A stretch of DNA of 64,000 bases, from the NCBI GenBank assembly GCA_030704615.1, contig CM060731.1, positions 50,468,001 through 50,532,000 of the forward strand, read 5' to 3'. The stretch comes from Takakia lepidozioides. Lineage: Eukaryota > Plantae > Bryophyta. The translations under genes and the position numbers were made by a program. This document shows positions 26,349 through 37,889 of this stretch, one piece after another (the first letter of the stretch is position 1; each line of letters starts with the position of its first letter). A model generated the notes under the pieces. It had not been told where the DNA came from. It saw only the letters and a program-made list of their open reading frames with translations, and searched no databases.

Positions 26349-27382
26349 GCCATGCCATGACTTCACATTCTCAAGAACCCACTACCTCTTTCAGAATATG
26401 AAATCCCAACAGACATCAATACATGTGGGAAAGACCTCATACCGCATGTACAAGCATCCCCAGCCATTGGAATGGCGTTTTGCGGCATAGTGAGGAGACG
26501 ATGCGGGGCGTCCATGGCAGCGAGCACGCAAGAAGAAGCAAGTAGCACTGAAGACACAGGATCGCAGTGAGGATCAGAAGGACCCAACACGACTGCCTCG
26601 CTCCCTCTCTCTTCCCATTGTTCATCCAGAAATATGGATGAACAATCCGCTCATGGATGTTCGTTGACCTTCCCGTTAAACATAAAGCACTTGCCCACTG
26701 GTTGGGTGTTTGTGCCTTGCCTGTGAATAACCCGGGTGATACTGGGTTCAATCCTTCAACATGCGCCTTCAGACCGTCCATTGGGCCCTCATGGCCTGTG
26801 TGTTGAGCAGTAGGCTCAGTAAATTCACTGGACGTTAAAGAATCTTTATCTTTATCTTTATCTTTGTTATTATCTGCTCCCCAAGAGTAGATTGGCTCGC
26901 TTGGGGCACTGCCAGACTTTCTTCTTTTCAACAAAAGCTGGAAGAACACACAAAAAAAGCTAGCAGTGAGTAGGGAGTGAAAAGAAGCGCCTGGTCGAAA
27001 AGATTCGGAAGGTGGAAGGAAATCTTTCACATGCTTTATGCAAGGGAAGCGAAAATCGAGGAATGCCCCACACCAAGGGCCTGGAGTGGTGCAATCAAGT
27101 CGCCCCAGCTCTCCTCACAGAAATTACATATCCACAATCGTGGGTATCTGAACATGCTCTCCTGGTCTTTTTCCATGTCCAAAGTACTCTGATAAGCACT
27201 GCACTACTGCTCAATTGACTCATATGCACCGAATCTCTTGTTGCTGTGTACATGAATCCATCGAATTGTATATATATTTACATTTAACGCCTCTCGAAAG
27301 AAGCGTAAATTATGGTGTCTCTTTCACCCCGAAGGGTTACTGCCTTCCGCCACGAAGGTGGACACCTTTGTGACACAAATGG

Positions 27383-27442
27383 GTGGATTGAACCCACAAC
27401 CACTTCCGAGGTGGTGTGTGTCCATTACCATTGGGCTACAAC
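27383..27442 (-). other. tRNA-derived relic or SINE head
   Basis: A-box TAGCCCAATGG, arm ACCAC-CTCGGAA-GTGGT (CGG in the anticodon position), B-box GGTTCAATCC. No acceptor-stem pairing. Confidence 0.45.
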
Positions 27443-30400
27443 TTGAATCCATCAAACAACCTTCAAAGAGGTGGAAAAAGAATAGATGGTAGAATGTCAT
27501 GTTTGCACAACAGAGCTGAAAAAAATGGAAGGCAGGACAAGAAGAAAGGTGGGGCCCAACCGTCCCCCAATGCTCACTTCAAAAGTGAGATTTTTTGAGG
27601 ATGTCTGATTTTCTGTACAATAAAAAATCGTCAGTTTGTTTCAAAATGTTCACTGCACCATGAAACAAAGAAAGAAAGAAATTCTACACTATCAATGGGA
27701 AGCTAAGAGAGTTTATGGGACGAAGGAAGTTGGATACAAGGAGGACAGTGGGGCCCACTACAAGCAGCCCAAAAACTACACTGGAACTTCAAGAAATTTT
27801 TTAAGGTAGAGGCATCTTCTGATCCTTGCAAAGAAACACATCTATGTCAGATTGGCTGTCGCTACATAGGCAGTAGTAGTGGGACAGTGAGTAAAGAAAT
27901 GCTTAGTCTCCATCTCCAGAAGCCAGGCAGAGTTGTCCAGCATGCTGTACCTATCCCATCTCCTAGTCTCTATCCTCACACTTTGTAAGCCCACATTAGG
28001 AGATGGAGAGAGATACACAATCCAATACTTAGGCTATAAGATTCTGTCCTCGGGAGAAGAAAGAAGGCGAATCAATAGAGCTGCAGTTATGCGTTAAGCG
28101 GAGTCAGTGATTTCTCAGTTACCTCCCCCTCACATGGAGTTGAAGCTCCTGTCTAATGAGTCACAGGGGGGGAGCCCTCTTTGATCTCAACTCCCCTCCA
28201 CCACGTACAAACTTCTTAGCTCCAGGGTAATGGCGCGCGCCTCTTTGCTCTCAAGTTCCGCCCACAAACTCCTCCATTACCATCTCCACCATTTGCACTT
28301 CTGGTTTGAATGCATGAGGTACCTTCATATACATATCTTTTGATGCTATCAGCTCAAGAGCTATATCTCATTATTAATGAGTCTACAAAATAATGGGACC
28401 TTAAACCCTCATCCATACCGAGAAATGGAGGTATGACTTGTAGACATACAAAACAACCCAGTTTCAGAGCAGGATATATTTATAACACAAAGAAAGGACC
28501 TCTGGTCAGACTCTTTATACCATACATACATATATATTCTTTGCTACCATCTAAAGAAAGCGGTTAGGGGAAGTCACACGCTAACCCAACTTATGATCAT
28601 TGCATAATGGTCTTTGAAAATTGAAGAGAACACATAGAAACCATATCCAATGCCTTGGAAGTACTTGACAATGGCTTCAAACATAATGTACCAAAAATGC
28701 CTAGCAAAGCAGGACAAGCACTATGCGGGGGCTTGGATGGAAGGTGAAGCTGTTGACACCTCCATGTTGCATGGGTGTGCCACGGGCTTTGTTGTGTATT
28801 TGTGTGCTTTGGTGCAAAAGAGAGTACGTAAGTACCCCACCACCAGGAAGCAGAAATAAGCCTGGATAAATGCAAGCACAATTCTGCAAAGGAAAGATCA
28901 CACTTCCTGCCAGGTGAATGTCATGATCTAGAATCATGAATCTCCGTACCAAAAGCAATTTCAGGTCTAGGTGTGTGAACATAGTTCCAACTTTGGATTG
29001 GGTTTCTTGTGTGCAGTGAAGATAGATTCCCCACTTAAAATAGACTCTTCTCTGAACTAGAAGTACACAATGAAGTTATGCTTGAGGGAGTAGAAGCCGC
29101 AAGACTACCTGGAGGACAGCTTGTTGAACTTTATGAGTCTGGCCTTTTGATGCCTTACCTGCCACAGTGCACATAAAGACCACATGTCAAAAAGATTGAT
29201 TAACTGTTGCAACTGTGATCTCACCATGGAGGAAGCTGGATTACATGGGTCACTTATATTCTGCGAGGTACCGTTGAATCAAGAGACACACAAGATCTGC
29301 CCTCCATGAGGTCATCAATATTTTCCTTGGTGCAATCACTGCACCTCCCATCTTACACTGCTTTAAATAGAATTATAAGCAACTAGAAAGAACACATGTT
29401 CATGCTGAGACATATCCCATCTCTATGAGAACTATAATGGTGTTGAAGGGCAACATATGAAAGAAAGCAGTGGAACCTGATGCACATTACCAGTTTGGGT
29501 GACACAAATCCCATGTAAGTTCGAAATAAAATTGTTTGAAGCAAATAGGAAATCAGTTTCATTGAAAATACAGGTGGATTCACAAAAAGAAATAATCAAA
29601 GGTTTACAGGCTGACCATTGCCCTAAATAGTTGAGAATTACAAACAATCCTTACTTACCAGAGCTCTGCCCAATAAACTCCATTGCTTTGACAACATCTC
29701 CAACTCTGTTGAGAGCTTCCATAATGTCTCTGCAATTAGGGATCACACACTAATTGATGATAGATTAAAAATTACTCGACACATTCCCTGAAATTGGTGA
29801 AGATAATCACTTGTGTCTAGCTGGATCATGTCAATCTGTTCCCATAAAAAACCAGCACCAATCTCAGGAAAGCCTTTGATGCTCAAGTAAGATTCAGCAA
29901 AGTGTTCACCCTCCTCCGCCAAAGTTCTGCTATAGGTTAGGTTGCCACAGTGAACAGAAAATGCTCGGATCCTATCTCCCTTGTGCTGCAAGGCCATTTG
30001 CTGTGGGTGAGGACTCTTGAGCACCTTATAAAGTAACTATTGGTAGTTGAAAGGCATCAAGACAGCCTTGATAGAGCATAGCAGAATGCCAAAGCCTATT
30101 CAGGTCTATTATTACAACTGGGCAACAAAAGCAAACAGATTGCCATCCAAATCCATGGTATGTAGATGTACTGGAGAATGGAGAGGGGTTTAGCTGAAAT
30201 AAGAGAGTATAATTTCCTCCATCTTTAGTAGTTTGGAGCTGGAGACACCATGGCCAACACCCTGCTACATCAAGCTCCTTACATGCTGCACTTTGCATTC
30301 TTTGCCAGCTGTTGTACAAAAAATGGTCGAAATAAGCTGGAGCTTCTCCAGTCCCAGATCCAGGCTGCTTCATCATCTGTATATGCTCTCATCTGATTAT

Positions 30401-32224
30401 CCGCAGGGTACAGAAATCTTTTGACGGTAAAAGTAGACAAGCGTGAGCTTTGTGGCCTCCTCATTCATTGGGATTTGGGTGGGAGTCTGGACTAAGATGT
30501 TTTGTGATGCATAATCTTGCAGAAAGCAACTGGAAGGACAGAAAAAGCTATATGACGGCTAAAGAGATTGGGCTCGAACAAGAGCAGGTACCAGAACTTT
30601 TGCTCATTTTACCGATCTGATGAAGGACCATAAAGCATAGCCAATCAGCTTTTGTAGCAACCTGTGTAGAGGTTGAATCACCTAGAGACAAAAATAGTGC
30701 ACCTGGAGTGCCAGTCCAGACCCTTTGGCAGGTAACATGAGTGTTTCCAACATAAAGTTTCATGCTCTAATGCAGTCAACAATCTTTGGGGCAAATTTTC
30801 CACTGGTCAATGGAAATTGCCACCTTTTATTGCCATTGTATCCACTTGAGCTATGTTTTGGACACAGACTTGGATCAAAAGGCACTTGAGGGTCTCAAAA
30901 GTGATTAGTAGCTGCAATTGGTCAAGTAACAATTCTCTTGGCTGCTTTTGAAAAGGGAAACTCAAGGGGTTTGACATGCCTTACAATGAAGTGAGATCTC
31001 TTTTCTTGTTCTCTTTTATCCCCTCCAGATCCATTTGTCTCCATGTCTCTGTGTGTCTTTGCGTCCCTGTCCGTAGGCCCTCTGTGGATGTTGTGAAGTA
31101 TTTTATCTTGTATCTGCCTTTCCTTTGAGCTTCCCACGGATGTTATAAAGTACCATTCCATTTCTTCCTTTCTTATGAAAAGCAAACACCACAACCACAA
31201 CTGGACTCAGTATGCAGCAATTTTAAGTCCATTTTTATGGCGTCTTTTCTGCACCCCTCCCCCCGGCTTTTCGATCATGTCTCTATACGCTATATAGCAA
31301 CTCAAGGTCCATGACTACATTATCTGTGTCTCTGTTTATTTCTTTAAAGGCTGGCAAGGGCATGTTTTCCTTCCTGAAATCTGTCTATCTTCTCTCGAGT
31401 ACTGAAGTCGTGTTTGTTGTGGCCCTGTAGAACTTGGATGAGCAGTTGCTCGAGGAGCATGAGAAGTTTGGAATTGTGCCAGATTCAAATGGCATTAAGC
31501 ACCACTTTCTCCCCATCCATGCCAGGATATCCCTGTACTGATGGATTCCCGCTTCACATTCTCAACTCATCTCCAGGTTCTCATGTGATCATTGTACCTT
31601 GAAGCTATGGATTCAAGACATCGATTTATCCACTTCAGGGACTCTCTTACAGGTGAGGTGCGGAAACCATGATATGATTGTGATTGAATGCAGCAATAAA
31701 ACATGAGGTGCAACATTGCAAAAACATCGCTCCATAGGTTCAACTCAGGTGGGACCTACTTCATCACCATATCTCTCTCAGAGCCATATGAGTAATTAGA
31801 CCTGACACTGTTCAAGTCTCAAAATGCATGAGCAGTTATTGTTTTCTTTCAAGATTCCCAGGCTTTTTGAAGAGACCTTCACCTGGCATGTATAATTGTA
31901 GCTTACCTCCAAGGAGCCACAGTCTTCAGGCGTTGTTTAGCTGTTTCTAAAATGGCTACTTCTTGTTCTACTGTGTCCCATTGGCCCTTGGTACGTTATG
32001 AAATTTTCCGTCTTTTTTTTTGGCCCCCAAGGACGATATGAAGTTGCTCTCCTTTCTTTTCTCTCTTTGAGCTTTCCATGGACGTTATAAAGTACCATTT
32101 CATTTCATTTCGTTTCTTTGGCCATGCGGACTGCAGATTCCATTTCAACCAGCAGGAAATTGAGACTCTCCAATTCGTACCAATGTGTGGGTCTGGTTAT
32201 CCACTCATCCAAATTTTAGTTCAC

Positions 32225-32650
32225 CCAACAAGGCCCACCGAAAATGGTAGGGGGGCTTCGTTCCCCAAAATCCCCAACCATAACGCGAGGTGCTTGCTCG
32301 TGTATATACTCTCCCAAGCGCCGGACACGGGCAATCAATATGGGATAATGTTTATTTCGTGGTGCGCGGCTGGAATGGCAGCACACATGTTTCAAAGCCC
32401 AATCACCGCCCTCCGTGGCAATAATCGCTAGCGACTACAAGCGTATATTTGACTGGCATGGAGCCTGGAGGGGGGAACAGGGTTTCCATCCTATCGAGTT
32501 AGTGTTTATCGTGGGGGCCCTGTACGCGACGCTGCCCGCCGAAGATGTGATGGGGCGGGCTTCGTACCCGGAAACCCCCTCACAGGTGCTTGCTCGTTTA
32601 TATACTCTCCCAAGCGCCGGACACTGGCAATCGATATGGTATAATGTTTA
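32225..32650 (+). repeat. Two tandem copies of the terminal-like module of the dispersed repeat family
   Basis: aggtgcttgctcgt(g/t)tatatactctcccaagcgccggacac..gcaatc.atatgg.ataatgttta at ~32288 and ~32585. The same module occurs at 37890-38040 (-), 40815-40945 (+) and 41055-41240 (-). Confidence 0.88.
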
Positions 32651-33789
32651 TATTTTTAACCCACTGCTGTCATTTCATTTACCATTTCATAGGCTGTTCC
32701 ACTGGTCTACCATTGCATGGTTTGAGGGACAACCCTATAGAAACATCAAAATCTGGATGGTGCACCCGCATGAGCTCTTGTAGTGGCCAAGAATCAACTC
32801 CTCTCTCGACCTCACCATGTGATTCTCAGTGAGGCCCTCCTCGTGAGAGTGAAAGCACATTAAAAAGAGGCACTACACCAGCTGAACCTGATCAATGAGG
32901 TCAGCTGTTTATGCCTGTGCGATCTAGAAAAGAACGAGATCTGGGTTTAAGAAAAATTCGGTCTGGGGCTTTACCTCCAGTTTGTTGATTGATTCTAAGT
33001 TTGAACCCAAGTTGACATTCTCTCTCCGACCCAAACTGTTTCCACCTCAGGCTGCCCATGTAAGAATACTGTACAGTGATCGATGCACTTCTTTGTTTCT
33101 GAAGGTCCTCTGCAAGCGATTCACAACTAATCAAACCGGGTAAATTTAAGACAACAGGCGAAAGAGAAAGAATAAGCAGGTATGATGGTTTGGATAATGC
33201 GTGTATAGTTTTCGAATCAGACTCCGGGGTACAATGGAATGTAATTAGAGTGCAGCTGCTGCTCTCGGTACTTTCCAGTCATCTTTTTCTCTTGACACCC
33301 AAACTCTTTCTTAAACTCACATGGGCATTATGCCCTCAACGTCATAGCCTCGGCCGCAGAGTATGGTCAATGAGTCGATCTTTCTCTGGCCTTCATCAAT
33401 CCCTCCGTGTGAGGGGCAATTCTTGCTCTGCGATGCTCCGGATGGAGCACTCATCGCAGCGGAGGGCGCACAGCAGTATGTCACAACATTGAGTGAGCTA
33501 CGGAGTGAGCTATCAGTTCTTTCATTACTTGATTTTGCAGTGAGATTTCCGTGGGCTATTCCCCAGCCATGTCGCAATTGTCACCTTGGAAATGTAAACG
33601 AAGCACCTATCTTACAGCATGTACAACGAGCTGGAGGCCGAGGATGTTGATTACACTCCCGTGGAACCAGAATCCGTCGCTTTCCCTGGAGGCTGGGTCC
33701 GACGTCCCGCCTCTTCACAGTAACAGGAATACAGGGCCTTAAAGTATAACGAGCTGAGGGCCGACATATCATAATTTGCAAGTCACAGT

Positions 33790-34023
33790 TGACATCTCTC
33801 CTCCTCCATCGCTTCTCAGGGTTTTGATATGCCTCCCTGTCTCCTTCTCAACGATGGCTTTAAATTCCTGGTCCAAAACACTAAAAGTTTGGTCTTTAGT
33901 TGAGAGAAGGTATAAAAAAACCTTACGAGATTTGTCGTCGATGAAGGTGAGGAAGTATTTTGCTCCTCCATGTGTTTGCGACTGCAATATAGGTCCACAC
34001 AAGTCTGTATGAATGACATCCAA
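33790..34023 (-). mobile_element. Ty1/copia integrase core fragment
   Basis: LDVIHTDLCGP...GGAKYFLTFIDDKSRK...IKTLRSDGGGE is a classic copia rve motif set. No LTRs or other domains nearby. Confidence 0.93.
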
Positions 34024-35221
34024 TAGTTAACCGATAGAATCTCTGACTCCTACAATCAGAAGCGAGAGCCAAGACGACGAGGGAAGAATTATAATAGAGC
34101 AGCAAAGCAAACCAACGCGTCACAATTGAGGAAGTAGGCTCCGTCTGCTGCGATTATGGTCAAGCCAGTTGGGTGCTCTACGGGTCTCAAGGTCAGTTCG
34201 GTTCGAGTTCGGTTCTCCATATTGTGTGTGGTGGTGGTCATCATGGTGATTAGAGTGAGTGACCGAGCAATAATTTGCAGATGCAATGTTGGACACATGG
34301 GCTGGAAATTTGCCAATTATTAACGTGTACTGTGAAAGGCACACAGTTCGCTCACTATCACTTCCAAAAATAGTTCTGGAACTCAGATCATGTGTGTGTG
34401 CAGATGGCCAGCATGAACAAAGAAATATAATTGAAGCTCATCGTGGGTGGGTTACCATGAAGCCAATTCTGGTCATGTGTCTCTGAAATCTAGACTTATT
34501 CTGTTTCGACAAGTTTCCACACCATCTGCTGACCCATCTAACTGCTACTCCAGACTGGCTACTACAGGGCAACTAGAAGGTGCAGAGGTGTCTTCATATA
34601 TCAAGAGAACAATTCTCCAACCCAAAACCATCTTAAGTACATGCAGGATTCCTCAATTTTCTAGGCATTCCATTGTCAACCTTCCTGCCCAAATAATTTG
34701 ATGAGAATCTTGTTCAGGCCAGCATCTTCTTTTACATATACAAGGTTTTTTCGTGACTCACTACTGCTGTTGAAACCCGAATGTGACCATTTGCATGAGT
34801 AGCTACATAACATGAATTCAATCATGCCAATCGTTTATTGGAACTTCACTTGCACGGCAAATTAGTTAACCCTGACCTTTACTAAGTTTCTCAACGGTAA
34901 CTGTTCCTTTTTTCCAAAAACAGAATGAGCAAATTTAGACAAATAAACAAAAGTTGGAACCTTAGAGACACATGCTGATCTCATATAAACTTGTTGAACA
35001 TCTCCTCAAACACCATTCTAATTTGCGCTTGCTCTCTCTCTCGGTGATTTGCAAGCAGCAGGTCATCTCTCATCATCGCGAGATCATTGCCGAGTGCTAG
35101 TGATATCAAAGCTAGGGGATATCAAAAATCTTCTGCAAAGTGCTAGTGATCTACTTCGTATATCAAAGCTAGGTCGGACATCAGAAATCTTCTCTTACGT
35201 TTGCTTTTGCTTTTCGGAAAA

Positions 35222-35640
35222 ATGAAGTTGCTTTTACCAATTGAGAACTTCCTCCTAGAAGATACTTGTGAAGTCATAAACGTTGGAGACAACGTGTTGA
35301 TGTATCCTCCAGATGAGAGTCAGCCCTTGTGGGTGGCTCAAATAGATGACATATTCAAGGATCCCTTACTGGAAAAGTAACTCTGGCAGGTCGTTGGTAT
35401 TATCGACCATAAGATTGTTATATGGGGCGAGATGCTCATCTTGGTAGGAACGAGTTGCTGTTGTCGGACCACGTTGATTTGAATAAGGCGGATGTTATCG
35501 CCCGTAAGTGTAATGTCTACACCTTGAAAGAATACAAGGACATGCATCTGGAGGTTGGCCAAGATGACTTCTTCAGTCGATACAAATATAAGTATAAGAC
35601 ACACAGAGAGTATGGGGGAGTGAAAACGTTCGAGATATGA
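35222..35640 (+). pseudogene. Intronless BAH-domain pseudogene (EBS/SHL-like BAH, no PHD)
   Basis: VGDNVLMYPPDESQPLWVAQI, frameshift near 35365, then GRWYYRP*...ELLLSDHVD...IARKCNVYTLKEY...VGQDDFFSRYKY. Aligns by eye to the EBS/SHL BAH domain. Confidence 0.85.
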
Positions 35641-36929
35641 GCCAACAATATTGACGGGGAAGATACAAGATACTCGGAAGATAGTGAGGTATCGAGGAGG
35701 GAAGACAGCCAAGAACCCTCTATAGATGAAGTATGATCTCTGCCTGGGACGGTCTAGAAATACAATGATTTATACTCAAGGACCTGACAGCTAGCGAATT
35801 CCGAGGAAAAGCTTCTTCTAGATTAGGTTTCATTGTGATTTGTGGTTGACAAGTGGCCAGACCATTTGTGTATAAGAGTCAGTTGAAAGTGTACATAGAA
35901 TGACCATTGATATTAGATTGTTTTGAATACACAGTCTGAACTAGCCCAACACTAATGGTTGGATCGGAGAGATGCAAGACCATTGTCCTCTAACAGAGTT
36001 TGCAGAATTGGCCGTTGACGTTTTATCAGTACATGTTTTTGCAGTGGTTATCATCTAGATCTGGGTTGTGCACTGAGTAGATGCATTTGAGAGATTTGTG
36101 GCTTCCAGCCTGGTCTTGATTGTTTGAAATTGACTCTCCGCGTTCTATAAGAAGAGGTGCTACTGATAACTAGTATGTATTTGTGAGTGCACGAACAATA
36201 TATGTCATGTGAAGTCCAAGCCAAGTTGCCTTCATAGTGGTCCTTAGATAACATGTAAAATACTTTCCACAGTGTTCTTAAGTAGAGATCTCAGTTGCTC
36301 TAAAGCGCCACCCATGGCTGTGTTGGCATCAAATTTTCAATCCCAGTGTAGTCCACCATATGGTGACAGGTATGTAGGTCTTGGTTCACTTTACAGGATC
36401 TGAAAGGCCTCAAGTCTGTTTCTCTAAGACCGATGCAAGCAATCTTGATCTAAACCTAAGACATATTGTCTACCATCTACCCATAAAAAGAAAAGAAAGG
36501 CTTGCTAAGTGCAAAGATTAGCACATATTAAACAACAGCTATATTCAAAGCTATATTCAAATATCAATTCATATCCAGTACCCGGAACCGGCAGGTATCA
36601 TAGAACTAACAACCGGCTGATCCGGAAGCTCTGTCTGCCAATTTCTGATGTGAAGGTGCTCCTTCCCTTCACAACTTGAACCAGCCACAATGCAGTACCT
36701 GTACAGCTTGTAGCTGCGGGCAAAAAGATGACAAGAGCCCTCAGGCACGACCCATTCCTACCATCTCACTTTGACGCTAGGGATGCTTGAACTCTAGATG
36801 AATATTCTATATAAACTTAAATAGTTATTACATAAAACGAAAGAGAGGGAACTAGAATCTTTAGATACCTGGGCACAAAAAAAAAATTAAATTCAAATAT
36901 ATACTGGGAACATCCTGTTCCAAAGTGTT

Positions 36930-37590
36930 TCACTAGTAATCCCCACAAGAGCAAGCCCCGTCTTGGAAGTGGTGAAAGCAGCTTGCACCCCTCACAACAA
37001 TTGTTCGCCCAACAATCTTTGAGATGAGCTTGGTGGCGGTGTGGCAGTCGCCACACACCCGAAGGTTCTTGGTGATGCGGATAGGCGTCCCAGGGTGTAT
37101 GCGGATGAGCCCAAAAGCTATGGCAAGCTTCTCACTGTGGTGGATGAGAGAAAATTCCTTGGTCCCCTCCTCCATATCATGCAACACAAAGTGCGTATTA
37201 GGCACATACCTGGCCTCCTCCATCTGTGGGGACAATCGCTCGAGTTCAGCATGGATTTCCGCAATTTGGGGATGCAATTTGTCTGCTACAACAAATGAAT
37301 GCACTTGATTATCGACCTCAATGCACCTCCAGCCTGGCTCTTTTTTGACCCATCTGTCATCCATCACTTTTCTCATCTTTGCTTGATCATCCCACCTGCC
37401 AGCTGCAACATAGATATTTGATAGCAGCACATAAGCTCCATCGTTATGTGGGTCCCACTTGAGGAGGTTTTTCACTGCATGTTATGCTAGCTCCACATCC
37501 CCATGAAGTCGGCAGGCTCCAAGAAAGGCCCCCCATACTAAAGCACCTGGTTCGGTTGGCATTCTTTTCATTAAATCCTCTGCCTCGTCA
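36930..37590 (-). pseudogene. PPR E-DYW C-terminal fragment
   Basis: E motifs ([17 protein letters not shown]), KKEPG, HSEKLA, CGDCH. Internal stop near 37483, terminal Trp codon mutated to TAG (CSCGDY*), PPR array absent. Confidence 0.92.
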
Positions 37591-37889
37591 GCTTTGTCCA
37601 AGAAGGGACCTTATAAGCCTTGTTTGCTAGAAATCTATAACCAACCCTCTTTCAAAAAAGATGTATGTGCATCTCTATGTACATGTGTGAAGAGCACAGG
37701 TGTGAAGCCCTAGGAGACAACGCCTTAGGAATCTAACCCAATTACGTCATGAAAGTGAGGGTAGATGTCCATTATTATGATAAAGAGGGTGAGCTTGCAT
37801 GAAGTGGCGAAACTCTTGTCAAATTTCTCTTTCTAGCTTAGTGACGATGGTCATATTACATGAGACGGCGAAGCTATCGCTAAAAATTT

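Noticed and set aside
28100-31700. Exon-like segments of a possible minus-strand gene
   Set aside because: Splice-like signals exist, but frames are broken by stops and no family could be recognised without a search.
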